DNA of 64,000 nucleotides from Octopus bimaculoides (taxonomy: Eukaryota), in assembly GCF_001194135.2 (NCBI RefSeq), contig NC_068985.1, positions 110,390,946 through 110,454,945 of the forward strand, given 5' to 3'. The position numbers and the translations under genes are program-made. A model generated the notes under the pieces. The model saw nothing but the letters and a program-made list of their open reading frames with translations, had not been told where the DNA came from and did no database searches. Within the stretch, counting starts at the first letter, position 1. The number at the start of each line of letters is the position of its first letter. This document shows, one piece after another, positions 49,723 to 62,954 of the stretch.

Positions 49723-50301
49723 GTAAAACAAGATATCAGTATATCGGCTTATTCAAAAGTCTTCCTACCAACTTCGATTCCATCCACTATCTGCATCCCA
49801 GCAGATTTTTGTTGTGGTCACCGTTTTCATTTCTATCATCACTTGATTTTATTTTTAGTTTCAATTTGTATTCCATTGCTGTGCTAAACATGTCAGGTTT
49901 GTGCATGTGTGTTTATATGTCTGTATACGTGTGTTCGTTAATAATAACGAATGAAAGATTAAGTACTCAGTTTCATAAAGTAGAGTATTTAATTTGATCA
50001 ATATGAATATATCAATGCTGACAACTATCGGCAGTTAATTCACGGACAAATATTTCATGCAATTCTTCAGTTTAAGCCATGGGTGTTTTTTTTTTTTTTT
50101 TATGTGAGGAAAATGTTAGTGGTGTCTTATGTTGTGTTCAACCAACTTATAATTACATCTATGTATATACATGTATGTATATGTGTCTATATATATTTAC
50201 ATATATATTTGTGTGTATATATATATTACATTATATTATATGTATCATATATATTTCATTTTCCCCAAGCATCAAACTAATACCCCTTGCTTTTGTTTTT
50301 C

Positions 50302-50307
50302 AATAAA
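50302..50307 (+). terminator. Candidate polyadenylation signal AATAAA
   Basis: AATAAA about 580 nt after the stop; weak evidence in AT-rich DNA. Confidence 0.25.
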
Positions 50308-50599
50308 TTTCAAATATATATATATACATACACACACAAATTATATGTATATATGTGTGTGTGTGTGTGTATTCATTCATTCATTCATTTCATTTAGTGC
50401 CTGTTTTCCATGCTAGCATGGTTTACATGGGAGTAAATTTGAGGCAGGATTTTAACAGCTGGACGCTCTTCCTGTCGCCAAGCCTTGCTTGCTTTCCAAA
50501 TAAGGGATTTTTTTAAAGAATACTTGCATACAATTTCCTGACAGGAAATGTCAACCTATGCATATACATATATGTATATGTATATTTATATATATACAT

Positions 50600-50630
<31 letters not shown>

Positions 50631-52731
50631 NNNNNNNNNNNNNNNNNNNNNNNNNNNNNNNNNNNNNNNNNNNNNNNNNNNNNNNNNNNNNNNNNNNNNN
50701 NNNNNNNNNNNNNNNNNNNNNNNNNNNNNNNNNAGTTAACATGTTTTCAGCCAGCTGATGTGTCCACGCTTTATAAGATTGTAATATTGTAATTATATAC
50801 ATATATATATATATATATATAGTAGGCTAGGCTGTGTATATGCAAGGCTAAAATAGAGTATTTGTGTTTGATTTTAAAGTCTTGACTATATAATGCATTA
50901 AGGGTTTTTATATGAAATATGTGTGTATATATGTATATAAGATTATAATTTTTGAGACTATAATCTTGACTTATTTCAGATGTTTAGATGTTTACTGTGT
51001 ATATATATATATATATATTTTTAAGATGTATCTGTGCATAATTTTGTATGTGTGTGTGTGTGTGTAAGTGCATGCATGTATAAATGTGTATAGGGGTGTA
51101 TATATAGATATGTGTGTATTGCAATGTATAATTTTATCCAAAGCCCCTCTAATTAGAACCCTTGAGAAGTAATTTTGCTTTAGTGAAATATATTACCATT
51201 TACTTTAAAAAGCTATGAAAAACCACCATTTTTTAAAAGGATGGTGATAAGAGTATTTTAAGAAGATATAAAGCATCTCAGAGTAAATGATTGCAGTGAT
51301 AGTAGATTAGAATTTACTGGTGTTGTAAATGATTGTCTGTAAGTGAATGTTAGTATATATTTTGTACCTAGTGGCAGGCTAGTTGACATCAGAATGAAAT
51401 TAAAAAAAAATATCTACACTTTGTGTGTCTTAATTGTAAGTTAATGCTATGAATGGATGCTGAAGTTTTCTACCTATCAAAAGGACTTGTGTTGTTAGTT
51501 TTTTTTTTTTTTTTGTATGTGTTTGTATGTGTGTTCAGGTAGGATGGCTGTGAGATCAGTCAGCTGTCCACATAGTTCGTTCAAGCATGCTAGCATGTAT
51601 TTAAGGAAAAAAAGAATATATANNNNNNNNNNNNNNNNNNNNNNNNNNNNNNNNNNNNNNNNNNNNNNNNNNNNNNNNNNNNNNNNNNNNNNNNNNNNNN
51701 NNNNNNNNNNNNNNNNNNNNNNNNNNNNNNNNNNNNNNNNNNNNNNNNNNNNNNNNNNNNNNNNNNNNNNNNNNNNNNNNNNNNNNNNNNNNNNNNNNNN
51801 NNNNNNNNNNNNNNNNNNNNNNNNNNNNNNNNNNNNNNNNNNNNNNNNNNNNNNNNNNNNNNNNNNNNNNNNNNNNNNNNNNNNNNNNNNNNNNNNNNNN
51901 NNNNNNNNNNNNNNNNNNNNNNNNNNNNNNNNNNNNNNNNNNNNNNNNNNNNNNNNNNNNNNNNNNNNNNNNNNNNNNNNNNNNNNNNNNNNNNNNNNNN
52001 NNNNNNNNNNNNNNNNNNNNNNNNNNNNNNNNNNNNNNNNNNNNNNNNNNNNNNNNNNNNNNNNNNNNNNNNNNNNNNNNNNNNNNNNNNNNNNNNNNNN
52101 NNNNNNNNNNNNNNNTATGTATGTATGTATGTATGTATGTATATGTATATATAAGCTTCAGCTATGTGGTAATATTGTAAAAGATGATATAGCAATTATT
52201 TTGATCTAAACAACTGAGGAGAACTTTTAACTTTTATTTTTATTTTTTTACAAACGAGAAGGAAACAAAACTAAAAACAAAAAAAAAAAAGGGAAAATAT
52301 GTACAGACTTTTAATTGTTTTGCAATTTAGTTTATGAACACAATTGTTTTGGTGCTCTTATTATTATTATTATTATTATTATTGTTGTTGTTGTTGTTAT
52401 TTCAGTTTCGAATATTTTTTTTTTATATTTTACTCTATGAGTAAAACTACTCCTTTTTATATATATATCTCTGACAATCTTTATAACAGATACAGAGACA
52501 AATTGTGGTTCTCTGGTATTAAATTCTATAATCAGGACATATGCACTTTATGTAAGACTTGCACAAACACACACATACACACAAAAGCATAAATGCATGA
52601 AGCATTCATGGTTTTTTTGGTTTTTTTCATATAAAAGGATTTTTTCAATCCAATATTTACATGCTATTACTTATAGCTTTATGTTTGTGCTTCGAGATAC
52701 TCTAATATATATATATGTATANNNNNNNNNN

Positions 52732-52765
<34 letters not shown>

Positions 52766-53157
52766 CACAGATACACTCGCGTGCGTGCACACATTCACAT
52801 ACATATATATACATGTGTGTGTGTGTGTATGTGTCTTGAACCGTTGGCAAAATATCTGTTTGATAAAAACTGAGACCATCCTTTATTGTCTGTTTAGCTA
52901 TGCACAAAACAGGAAGTAATGACCTACATTTTATCTAAATGAATGGACATAACATACTGTTTATTAAAACTAATTTAACACTTTGGACTGGACTGGACTG
53001 GACTGGTTGCAAATTTCTTCTCAAAATAGAGGCCACTCTGAAATATAACTATGCATTAATTATGAGAGGTGGACACTAGGCCATGTTGACAGCTGACCAA
53101 ACAAAATTATTTCATCATGATCATCAGCGTCATCATCATCATCGTTATTATTTTTAA

Positions 53158-53670
53158 GATGGCAGGCTGACAGAAATGTTATCATGCCAGACTTAATGGC
53201 ATTTTGTCTGTTTTTACTCACTGAGTTCAAATCCAATGACAGTTGACTTTGCATTTCATCCTTTCGGGGTCAAGGAAAATAGGTACCAGTTAAGCACTAG
53301 GGTCAATATAATTGACAAGCCACCGCCCTTAAAATTTCAGGCCTTGTGCCTATAGTAGAAAGGATTCTTCTTCTTCTTCTTCTTCTTCTTCTTCTTCTTC
53401 TTCTTCTTCTTCTTCTTCAGGGGCTCTATACCCCTTTTATTTCCTCACCAGGCTCCCGTGGCTTTTATGGGTTTTTCCACGTGTAACCTTTCGAAGCGCC
53501 TCCCCCTATTGGGAGTTTTATTTGTTACATCTTTCTCTGTTTTTCCATTGTTTACACGAACGTTTTCTTTTCGGACAAAACCTTTTGTAACCTTCATCCT
53601 GTCTTTGTCCTTACATATTTTTAATTTATATTAGCCCTTGTGGCCAATAAAACCAGAATCAATTATTAAA

Positions 53671-53729
<59 letters not shown>

Positions 53730-54251
53730 GGCAGTGAGCTGGCTGAATCTTTAGCACACTGGACAAAATACTTAGCGGGATTTCATCTGTCGCTACATTC
53801 TGAGTTCAAATTCTGCCGAAGTCAAATTTGCCTTTCATCCTTTCAGGGTCGATAAATTAAGTACCAATCAAGTACTGGGGTTGATGTGAACGACCATACC
53901 CCTCCCCTCAAATTCCAGGCCATGTGCCTATCGTAGAAAGTTCGTCACTGGGGTCAATGTAATCACTTCCCTAAAATTGCTGACCTTGTGCCAAAATCTG
54001 AAGCCACTATTATTATTATGTTTATTAAGATGGTGAGCTGGCAGAATCATAAGCATGCCAGGCAAAATGCTTAGTGGCATTTTGTCTGTCTGTACGTCCA
54101 GGGTTCAAATTCTACCAAGGTCTACTTTGCCTTTCTGCCTTCCAATGGTCAATAAATTAAGTACCAGTTGAACACTGGCGTTGATATAATCGACTAGTCC
54201 CCTCCCCCAAAATTTCAGGTCTTGTGCCTATAGTAGAAAGGATTGTTATTA

Positions 54252-54318
<67 letters not shown>

Positions 54319-54480
54319 GGTGGCGAGCTGTCCCGACCGTTAGCACGCCAGGTGAAATACTTAGTGGTATTTCGTCTGCCACTACATTCTGAGTTCAACT
54401 TTGCCTTTCATCCTTTCGAGGTTGATTAAATAAGTACCAGTTATGCACTGGGGTCGATGTGATCAGCTTAATCCCTTCCC
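53158..54480 (+). mobile_element. Chain of four SINE family B copies separated by (CTT)n/(ATT)n
   Basis: Copies at about 53158-53365, 53727-54005, 54026-54245 and 54316-54480, all in the same orientation. Confidence 0.82.
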
Positions 54481-54519
54481 TCAGGCTGCCCTTGTGGAAA
54501 AAATTTGAAATCATTATTA

Positions 54520-54561
<42 letters not shown>

Positions 54562-55696
54562 TTGCAAGTGCCCTTGGACTAGCTTTTGTGCAGGTGGCAC
54601 ATAAAAGACACCATTTCGAGCGTGGCCGTTGCCAGTACCGCCTGGCTGGCCTTCGTGCGGTTGACACGTAAAAGCACCCACTACACTCTCTGAGTGGTTG
54701 GCGTTAGGAAGGGCATCCAGCTGTAGAAACTCTGCCAAATTAGATTGGAGCCTGGTGTTGCCATCCGGTTTCACCAGTCCTCAGTCAAATCGTCCAACCC
54801 ATGCTAGCATGGAAAGCGGACGTTAAATGATGATGATGATGATTATTATTATTATATGGCCAGTGAAAGGAGGGGTTGTGTCCATGACACTGGGCAGTCC
54901 TTCCCAGTTTAGTGAGACTGAAGATGTTTATATTCAGTTTGTATTTCTCTAAGTTAGTTGATGCATGCAGGAAGGGGAAGAATTCAAGAGAACAAATTCT
55001 GAAGAATTAAGATAATGCAAAGTGTTTAGGTAAAGTTACCTTCTCGAGCCGTACCAACTCGTAAGGACTAGGTTCCCTGTTTTCGTGACTTATATATTCC
55101 CCACCTGGATGGGACACCAGTCAGTCACAGGAATATTCCTTTTTGCCAGCTGAGTGAACTGGAGCAACATGAAATTAAGTGTTTTGCTCAAGAACACATG
55201 TTGCCCAGTCCAGGAATCGAAACTACAATCTTACAATCACGAGTCCAACACCTCTAACCACTAAGCCATGTCCTTCCACAAAGTGCTTGGTGTTGATGGC
55301 TGAGGATTGAGAAGTGGTGAGGGCAGTGGATCTTAACTAGCTGGTTTGGTAGAACAGACACTGACATAGTCACTTAAAGAAACAGCACATCTATGTGCCT
55401 GGAGATGTAGGGTGTTGGTGAGTGAACCTTTATCAAATTGGCCAAACATTTAAAACATTTTTTTTGCGTTTGTTTTTCCTTTTGGTGGGCAGTTGAGTGT
55501 CATCTCGCTGTATATTCCAACATGTATTACTCATGCGTTAAGCAGAAGGTCAAAATCCTAAGGAGGGGAAAGTGTTTTCTGGCCCTGATAAGGAAGTTTA
55601 CTCTTTGAGATTCATTTTCTCAAATGCTATGAATGAATTCAGAAAAGAAGTCGCTTCTTTTAGACATAATGCATATTAATCTGTTTGTTTTATTCG

Positions 55697-55881
55697 TGTA
55701 TCTGTTTCAGTCATTTGACTACAGCCATGCTGGAGCACCACCTTGAAGAATTTATAGTTGAACAATTCGACCCCAGAGCTTATTTTTTTAAAGCTTAGTA
55801 CTTATTTTATTGGTCTCTTTGCTAGGTTACAAGAACATAAACACACCAACACTGGTTGTCAAGCGATGATGGGAGGACAAA

Positions 55882-55948
<67 letters not shown>

Positions 55949-56001
55949 GTATCTATATGTATGTGTATATATATATATATGTATGTACATATATATATGT
56001 A

Positions 56002-56087
<86 letters not shown>

Positions 56088-56216
56088 NNNNNNNNNNNNN
56101 NNNNNNNNNNNNNNNNNNNNNNNNNNNNNNNNNNNNNNNNNNNNNNNNNNNNNNNNNNNNNNNNNNNNNNNNNNNNNNNNNNNNNNNNNNNNNNNNNNNN
56201 NNNNNNNNNNNNNNNN

Positions 56217-56256
<40 letters not shown>

Positions 56257-56390
56257 ACAGGCTTCTTTCAGTTTCTGTCTACCAAATCCACTCACAAGGC
56301 TTTAGTTGACCCGAGGCTATAGTAGAAGACACTTGCCCAAAGTGTCATGTAGTGGGACTGAACCGAGAACAATGTGGTTGGGAAGCAACC
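55697..56390 (-). mobile_element. SINE family A with expanded internal microsatellite and N gap
   Basis: Same head and tail blocks as 18262-18772. Confidence 0.82.
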
Positions 56391-57540
56391 CATGCCAGCA
56401 CCTAACATTTTATGTACATATCATCCAGCACGTTCTTTTGGAAATCATTCATATAACCATTATATACATGCATTTGCATTTCGTTTAAATACACTTTCTC
56501 CATTGATTAATGATCAAATAAAAATTTATCTAACAATCTCTCAAAACAAACATATCATGTAAGTCTGACTGAAAATTTCATAGTTAAAATAACGACCTGC
56601 CTTCGACATAGCTATATACTAATTAGAAATGTGTCACAACACATTGATAGATGTATTGCTAAATAGATATGGTATACCACTATCAAAGAATGTATGATAC
56701 TTTGAGGTACATAACAAAGTACATCTTATAAGATCCATTTTATTACATAGCTACATTCTAAATAAAAACTAAAAAACTAAATTAAAGTTATATATATATT
56801 TTATTTTTGCTTGTAATATTATAAAGGGGTGGGGGGGTTTGTGTGTGTGTGTGTGTTCTGATATAAACACAAGTTTGTCATTCATTTTTTCAAATTAAAT
56901 GCTTTCTTTACCAAACTAAGCCAATTATTTTATATGTAGGTGTATGTAATTTTCCCTCCCACCAAATATTTTGTATAATTGTTCCTTTTTTTTTTCATAC
57001 ATGCTGATAACACTGGATTTGTGTTTTTTTTTATTGCTTTTTGCTGTTCTTTTTTTTTTATCTCTGGTCACCCAAGTTATGCAATGCCAAACCTGTTACC
57101 TACATAGATGGGTAACTGCTTGGGAAAACCTAGGTGCTAAATATGTCTTTTGATGGCTTTGCTCCAGTATGGCCACAGCTTACTAACTGGAACCAATAAA
57201 TGAATATCAACAAGTGATAGTGACTGGCTCTTTTGGACTTGAGTTGCAAACAAAAGTATTGAAGCCTTCATCTTTTCAAACTTAGAAGAGGAATTAAGTT
57301 CAGCATTGCAGGCTACCATATATGTTTATATAAGCATATACATACATATGTGTGTGTTTTTATAGATATACATGTATAGATATTTTTGTGTATATGGATG
57401 TGTATATATTTTTATACAATCTCTCAGAGCTGCAAACATGAAATTTGCTTCCCATTTTTTATTTAACTAACTGCTATATATATATATATGTATATATATA
57501 TACGTATGTATGTATGTACGTATGTATGTATGTATAGAGA

Positions 57541-57920
57541 CTCCGGCAGAAACCAAGGCTGCGATTTAAGGACTGTGTCAAGTCCTCATTAAAGGCCTGT
57601 GATATGCAGGACACTGACTGGGAGAACAATGCCTGTCATCGCCACAGATGGAGGAAGCAGGTTAAGGAGGGGATCGACACTTTTGAGAGAGCACGTATCC
57701 AGCATGAAGAACTTAAGTGAGCTGCACGAAAGCGCACGGCTCGTTTAGTGAATGAGGAAAGCTTGGTCTGCAATGTTTGCAGTCGTGTATGCTTGTCAAG
57801 AGCAGGGCTCATTAGCCACCAACGGAGCCGCAAATGCAAAATATAAGCTAGTCCTAGAGCGCACAATGTTCCTGAAGGTCGGCAGTGGTCTTCCTCGGTC
57901 AGAAGTGGATGGCCATCATC
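57541..57920 (+). mobile_element. RTE-clade LINE 3' end (ORF C-terminus and 3' UTR)
   Basis: KPRLRFKDCVKSSLK...WENNA.HRHRWR...CNVCSRVCLSRAGLISHQRS; single in-frame TGA at 57718; TAA at 57844; CAT-repeat tail. Confidence 0.85.
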
Positions 57921-58168
57921 ATGTATATATGTATGTATGCAAACTATAAAATGCTGGCTATACCAGAAAGTTTCCAGAAACCATCTATTAGCATATCCAA
58001 CCCCAACAAATTCCTTTTGCAGTTCAGTTCTTTTCTAGAACACTCCTTGTGTTATTTACCCAAATACTCTGATTCACTCAGATATTTTGATGATGATGTT
58101 CTTAATAAAACTCTTGTTTTGGTGCTTTGTATACATTCACACACATGCAACATGCACACATATATGTA

Positions 58169-58211
<43 letters not shown>

Positions 58212-58739
58212 GAGTTGGCAGAATCAGTACAGTATTGGATAGGCTGCTATGCACTCTTTGTTTTGATTCTCAGTGTTTTGAGTTCAAATCCTCAAATCCC
58301 ACCAAAGCCATCTTTATCTTTCATCCTTTTATGAGTTGATAAATAAAGTAACAGTCGTGTACTGGGGTCAGTTCGTTTCTCTCCCTTTCTCTCTGGCAGA
58401 AATTCACAGTGCTTAGATCTGGAGTTGTATGGGCTCCACCAGGTTTAAAATTTACATGGTGCTCTTACTATTTCATCAACAGCTTACTCCCATCCTATAT
58501 ATATATANNNNNNNNNNNNNNNNNNNNNNNNNNNNNNNNNNNNNNNNNNNNNNNNNNNNNNNNNNNNNNNNNNNNNNNNNNNNNNNNNNNNNNNNNNNNN
58601 NNNNNNNATATATATATATATATATATATACACATGCATACACAGATACATACATATCATTTTATATTTCTTTTTCATTGCTGATATGGGTTAGGCATAT
58701 CTCACATACGACCTTGTCGTTATGGTTTCTCATCATCTG

Positions 58740-59960
58740 ACATAAACAGTAACAGGAAAAAAACACAAACAAGTTTGTGTGGTTGTGATTCTTCTTTAGA
58801 CAAGGTATTCACATCCACTGAACATCTGATCTCTACATCATTGCATGACCAAGCTTCTCAGCTCCTTTGAATAATATTTGTTCCGTTGTCTTTGCAGCAA
58901 ACTACTGATTTTTTTCTTTAAATGTTCCATTAATATTCCTTAACAATGATAAGGATACATTCTGGTTCTAGTGTTTCTTGGGTATGACTATTTAGACACC
59001 CTTCTCTTCAGATAGCATTATAAATAGCTTTGGCAACACTGTCATGTCCCATGGGTAGTACTTTGCTGGAAGAAGGTGCTGATGATGTGGGTAATATCTT
59101 TCATACTACAGGGTGTCCACAAAGTCTGGGTACATGGAGATTAACACATAATTTAAGAAATTATTATTTCTTATATTTAATTGTTAATGTTATGATTTTA
59201 TTTACTCCATGTACCCACATGGGGATTAACACATACTTTAAGAAATTATTATTTCTTATATTTAATTGTTTATGTTATGATTTTATTTACTCCATGTACC
59301 CACATGGGGATTAACACATACTTTAAGAAATTATGATTTCTTATATTTAATTGTTTATGTAATGATTTTATCTACTCCAGGTACCCACATGGGGATTAAC
59401 ACATACCTTAAGAAATTTTATTTCTTATATTTAATTGTTTATGTTATGATTTTATTTACTCCATGTACCCACATGGGGATTAACACATACTTTAAGAAAT
59501 TATTATTTCTTATATTTAATTGTTAATGTCATGATTTTATTTACTCCATGTACCCAGACCTTGTGGACACCCTGTATAATGCCACAATTGACATTTTCTA
59601 TTACATGATGGTTCTTTATTGATCAGATATTCGGTACCTATCTCCTGTCCTTGGATAATGAAGTTGTATCGTTCTAGAGTGGATGTGATGTAACTATCAC
59701 AGCTCCAGGAGAAGCTACTCAATTTTGATATCTTGTGGAATATGTATCCATCTTTAAGTTTTTGATGATTATTTCTCTTCCAGGTTTCTGTTTTTGACAA
59801 TCAGCCAAATTACTCATAGGTTACATGGAACAATCATACTCTCAGAGTAGCTCACAGGAGTTCTTCACTTGCTCTCAAGAAACTATTTTTACTGTTGAGT
59901 ACACAATGATATACTCATTTCTCGCATTACTGTTTGGTGGGTGTTATCCAAGTGATACAA
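58740..59960 (-). mobile_element. Degraded R4/Dong-like non-LTR retrotransposon (RT end, CCHC knuckle, RLE), split by a MITE
   Basis: IIQGQEIGTEYL...RKCQLWHY/SMKDITHIIS...KYY..HDSVAKAIYNAI...EY*WNI...CKDN...DVEIRCSVDVN. Confidence 0.65.
59109..59574. mobile_element. Tc1/mariner-type MITE with five internal about 85-bp tandem units
   Basis: TA TSD; 31-bp TIRs CAGGGTGTCCACAA(A/G)GTCTGGGTACATGGAG with one mismatch; unit starts 59140, 59225, 59310, 59395, 59479. Confidence 0.93.
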
Positions 59961-59972
59961 TGTGACATTTAA

Positions 59973-60192
59973 CCCTTTACCATTTAATTTGGCCTTATCC
60001 AGCCCAAATATTCCACCTGTTTTATGTTAAAACTGATCAGATCCAACTTCTCACACCTACCCTACAATGTCATTCTAAAAATATACAAACGCACCACTGA
60101 AATCTTGAAGCTACAAAATAATCTATGATTAATTCAAGACAACATGAATAAATAAGCAATATATTTGACAAAGAAATCTCAATGCTAAAGAG
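59973..60192. mobile_element. piggyBac-like MITE
   Basis: TTAA|CCCTTTACCATT ... AATGCTAAAGAG|TTAA. Confidence 0.78.
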
Positions 60193-62919
60193 TTAAAGTT
60201 ACCTGGACTGACCTTATCTCTCTGTTTCCATCCTGCCATTTATCATAGTCCCTGTCAGTGTCATTGTTTGTATGGAAAGTACCAGTAATTACTAGTATAT
60301 TTCTAGTCTTCATGTCCAGGTTATAGAGCACTTCAAGTGCCCGGTCAGTAACCCAATATTGATACTTGCACTAACACTGCAAAAGCATTATGGATATATA
60401 TATATATATATATAGTCTTATTGATTGCAAACAGCAATGATTTCCATAACTTCCAATCTACCAAAGCATTCTCTGTATCTCCCTGGCTTTACACAGTGCC
60501 AGCTTATGCAATATTCTCATCTGCTCTAAGATAATTTTTGCATTCTTCATTGGAGACTTCCAGTCCATTAAACTCCATATTCTATTGTCTTGTCAGCATT
60601 CATTCCTTGTTTGACTCCCCAAAACAAGCATTTACCCTGACCAAACTGCATTCTTTTGTTTTGTAAAAAGTTTTAATTGTCTTCTGGTGTTGTGAATGTT
60701 ACTTGAATATAGCTTAAGGTCATCGACAAAATAAGGGGTGTGAGTGGCATTAATTTGCATATATGTGTATCTATCTTTATTATAATGGAGAAAGCTGCTC
60801 GTTAATTAGGTATGTAGCAGTTATTAAAAGAAAGCAATCATTAAAGACTTTGACTGTCTGGAAATTTTTTTATAAATTCATGTTTCAATAATTTTCCTGT
60901 AATTTCGATTTCTGAGATTTATTGAATATTTGAACTACAAGTTTTTCACCAATTTAAATATTCATTGCATTCACTGTAGAGTAAATTTTAATGTTTACTT
61001 GAATAATAAACAATTTGTTGCAGGTGAAATTTTCCGTTTTCAATTGCAACAATCTCTCACTCTCTCTCTCTCTCACCTTTGTTTTCATTAAGATAAAAAT
61101 GAAATTTTTTTTAAATACCAGTATAATTTTAAAAAAAAGTTAAGAGGTAATTTTGTTGGTATGGCTGTTTGGAACACTATAAGCCTTACAATAATAACTA
61201 TGTGACTGATGCTATTTCTAGCATGCTAAACGTAGTTGGGTTACCTTGAAGTTTGTTTAAATTAGAGATATGATGAATTATTGAAAGAAATATTTACTAA
61301 GCAACTGAGGTTTTTTATAAATTGAAGTTTTCAGGAAAATTTACTTTCTGAACTTCCTTTTATTATTGAATATTTCAAGTTCACAAATTTAAACATTTGG
61401 TACAAGATAGTTTTTAACAAGCTTTTATTTATATGATTTTATTCATTGTTTGTAATGTTCTCTCTCTCACATACATACTAGAAGAAAATTATATTGGACA
61501 ACTTATTCGAACTCATATGACTTATTTCCTTTCCATCACTATCTAAGAATTATCAAGTGAATTTGTTGCTATGGCAATTTGATACGCTATAGGTATTTAT
61601 ACATACATACAAACACATACATATCACATGCTGGTACGAGTTGGGAATGTCTCATACAGTATATTTTCATTATGGGCTCTTATTGTCTGGTATTTCTTCA
61701 CACATTACAAGCATTGTTTGGCAATAAGTAAGTTCCTCATGCTGAGTTTAAGGGGGTTCAGTTTCTTTCCCAGTGTAGCTGCTTCGCTGTGATTTACATT
61801 GTTAATGGATTTTTCAGAAAGGCTTGAACATCATATAATCTCATTAAAATTTTATAGCATTATTCTGATATCAAATAATACGACATCTTGCACATCGGGG
61901 AAAGTCATGTGAGTTTTGGGATGAGTAGTTTTAATCTCAGATTGTGGCTATTTCTTCTCAATGATGTCACAAATGTCCTTGGTGAAGTAGCATGAATGTT
62001 ATAAAACCCCATTTTTATCTTCCTTTAAACATAGAGCCTTTACACCTTGTTGTAATAGATACCAATATCTGTGATTGTGTACCTGTGTATCAGTGAGCCA
62101 CAGTCATTTCATTTCCTTTGTAACCTTACTGCAAGTATCGTGTTTCATGTCCATGTAACAATTATCATGTATAATTAAATACCTAATTTTTATGGTATCC
62201 TAATTTAAACATATCATCATTTCAAATTTAGTCATTGGTATTTGTGCTATTAAATGTTTTAATTGTTTCTGTTTTTCTCTGTTATCCTGGTGCAGTACGG
62301 TAGATTAATTTAAGACTTTAGCTCTTATTTCTAGCAGGTAGATGCTTGTTAAGCATCATTACACTTCGTGCAAATTTATAATTCATAGCTATTTAATGTT
62401 ATTGCGCCTGCAATCCACCTATGTCACTGCTGGTGATATCATCAATTTTAAAATTTATCCACAGATGATATGAACAGTAATGACATCTGATTTCAAATCT
62501 CAGTATCTGAATGTTTTGCGTATATATATATATATATATATATNNNNNNNNNNNNNNNNNNNNNNNNNNNNNNNNNNNNNNNNNNNNNNNNNNNNNNNNN
62601 NNNNNNNNNNNNNNNNNNNNNNNNNNNNNNNNNNNNNNNNNNNNNNNNNNNNNNNNNNNNNNNNNNNNNNNNNNNNNNNNNNNNNNNNNNNNNNNNNNNN
62701 NNNNNNNNNNNNNNNNNNNNNNNNNNNNNNNNNNNNNNNNNNNNNNNNNNNNNNNNNNNNNNNNNNNNNNNNNNNNNNNNNNNNNNNNNNNNNNNNNNNN
62801 NNNNNNNNNNNNNNNNNNNNNNNNNNNNNNNNNNNNNNNNNNNNNNNNNNNNNNNNNNNNNNNNNNNNNNNNNNNNNNNNNNNNNNNNNNNNNNNNNNNN
62901 NNNNNNNNNNNNNNNNNNN

Positions 62920-62954
<35 letters not shown>

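Noticed and set aside
59140-59560. CRISPR-like or coding periodicity in the 85-bp array
   Set aside because: Units are near-identical throughout, bounded by TIRs and a TA duplication, and the period is not a multiple of 3
61560-62050. Possible decayed coding sequence on the minus strand
   Set aside because: Trial translations gave multiple stops and no motif I could recognise
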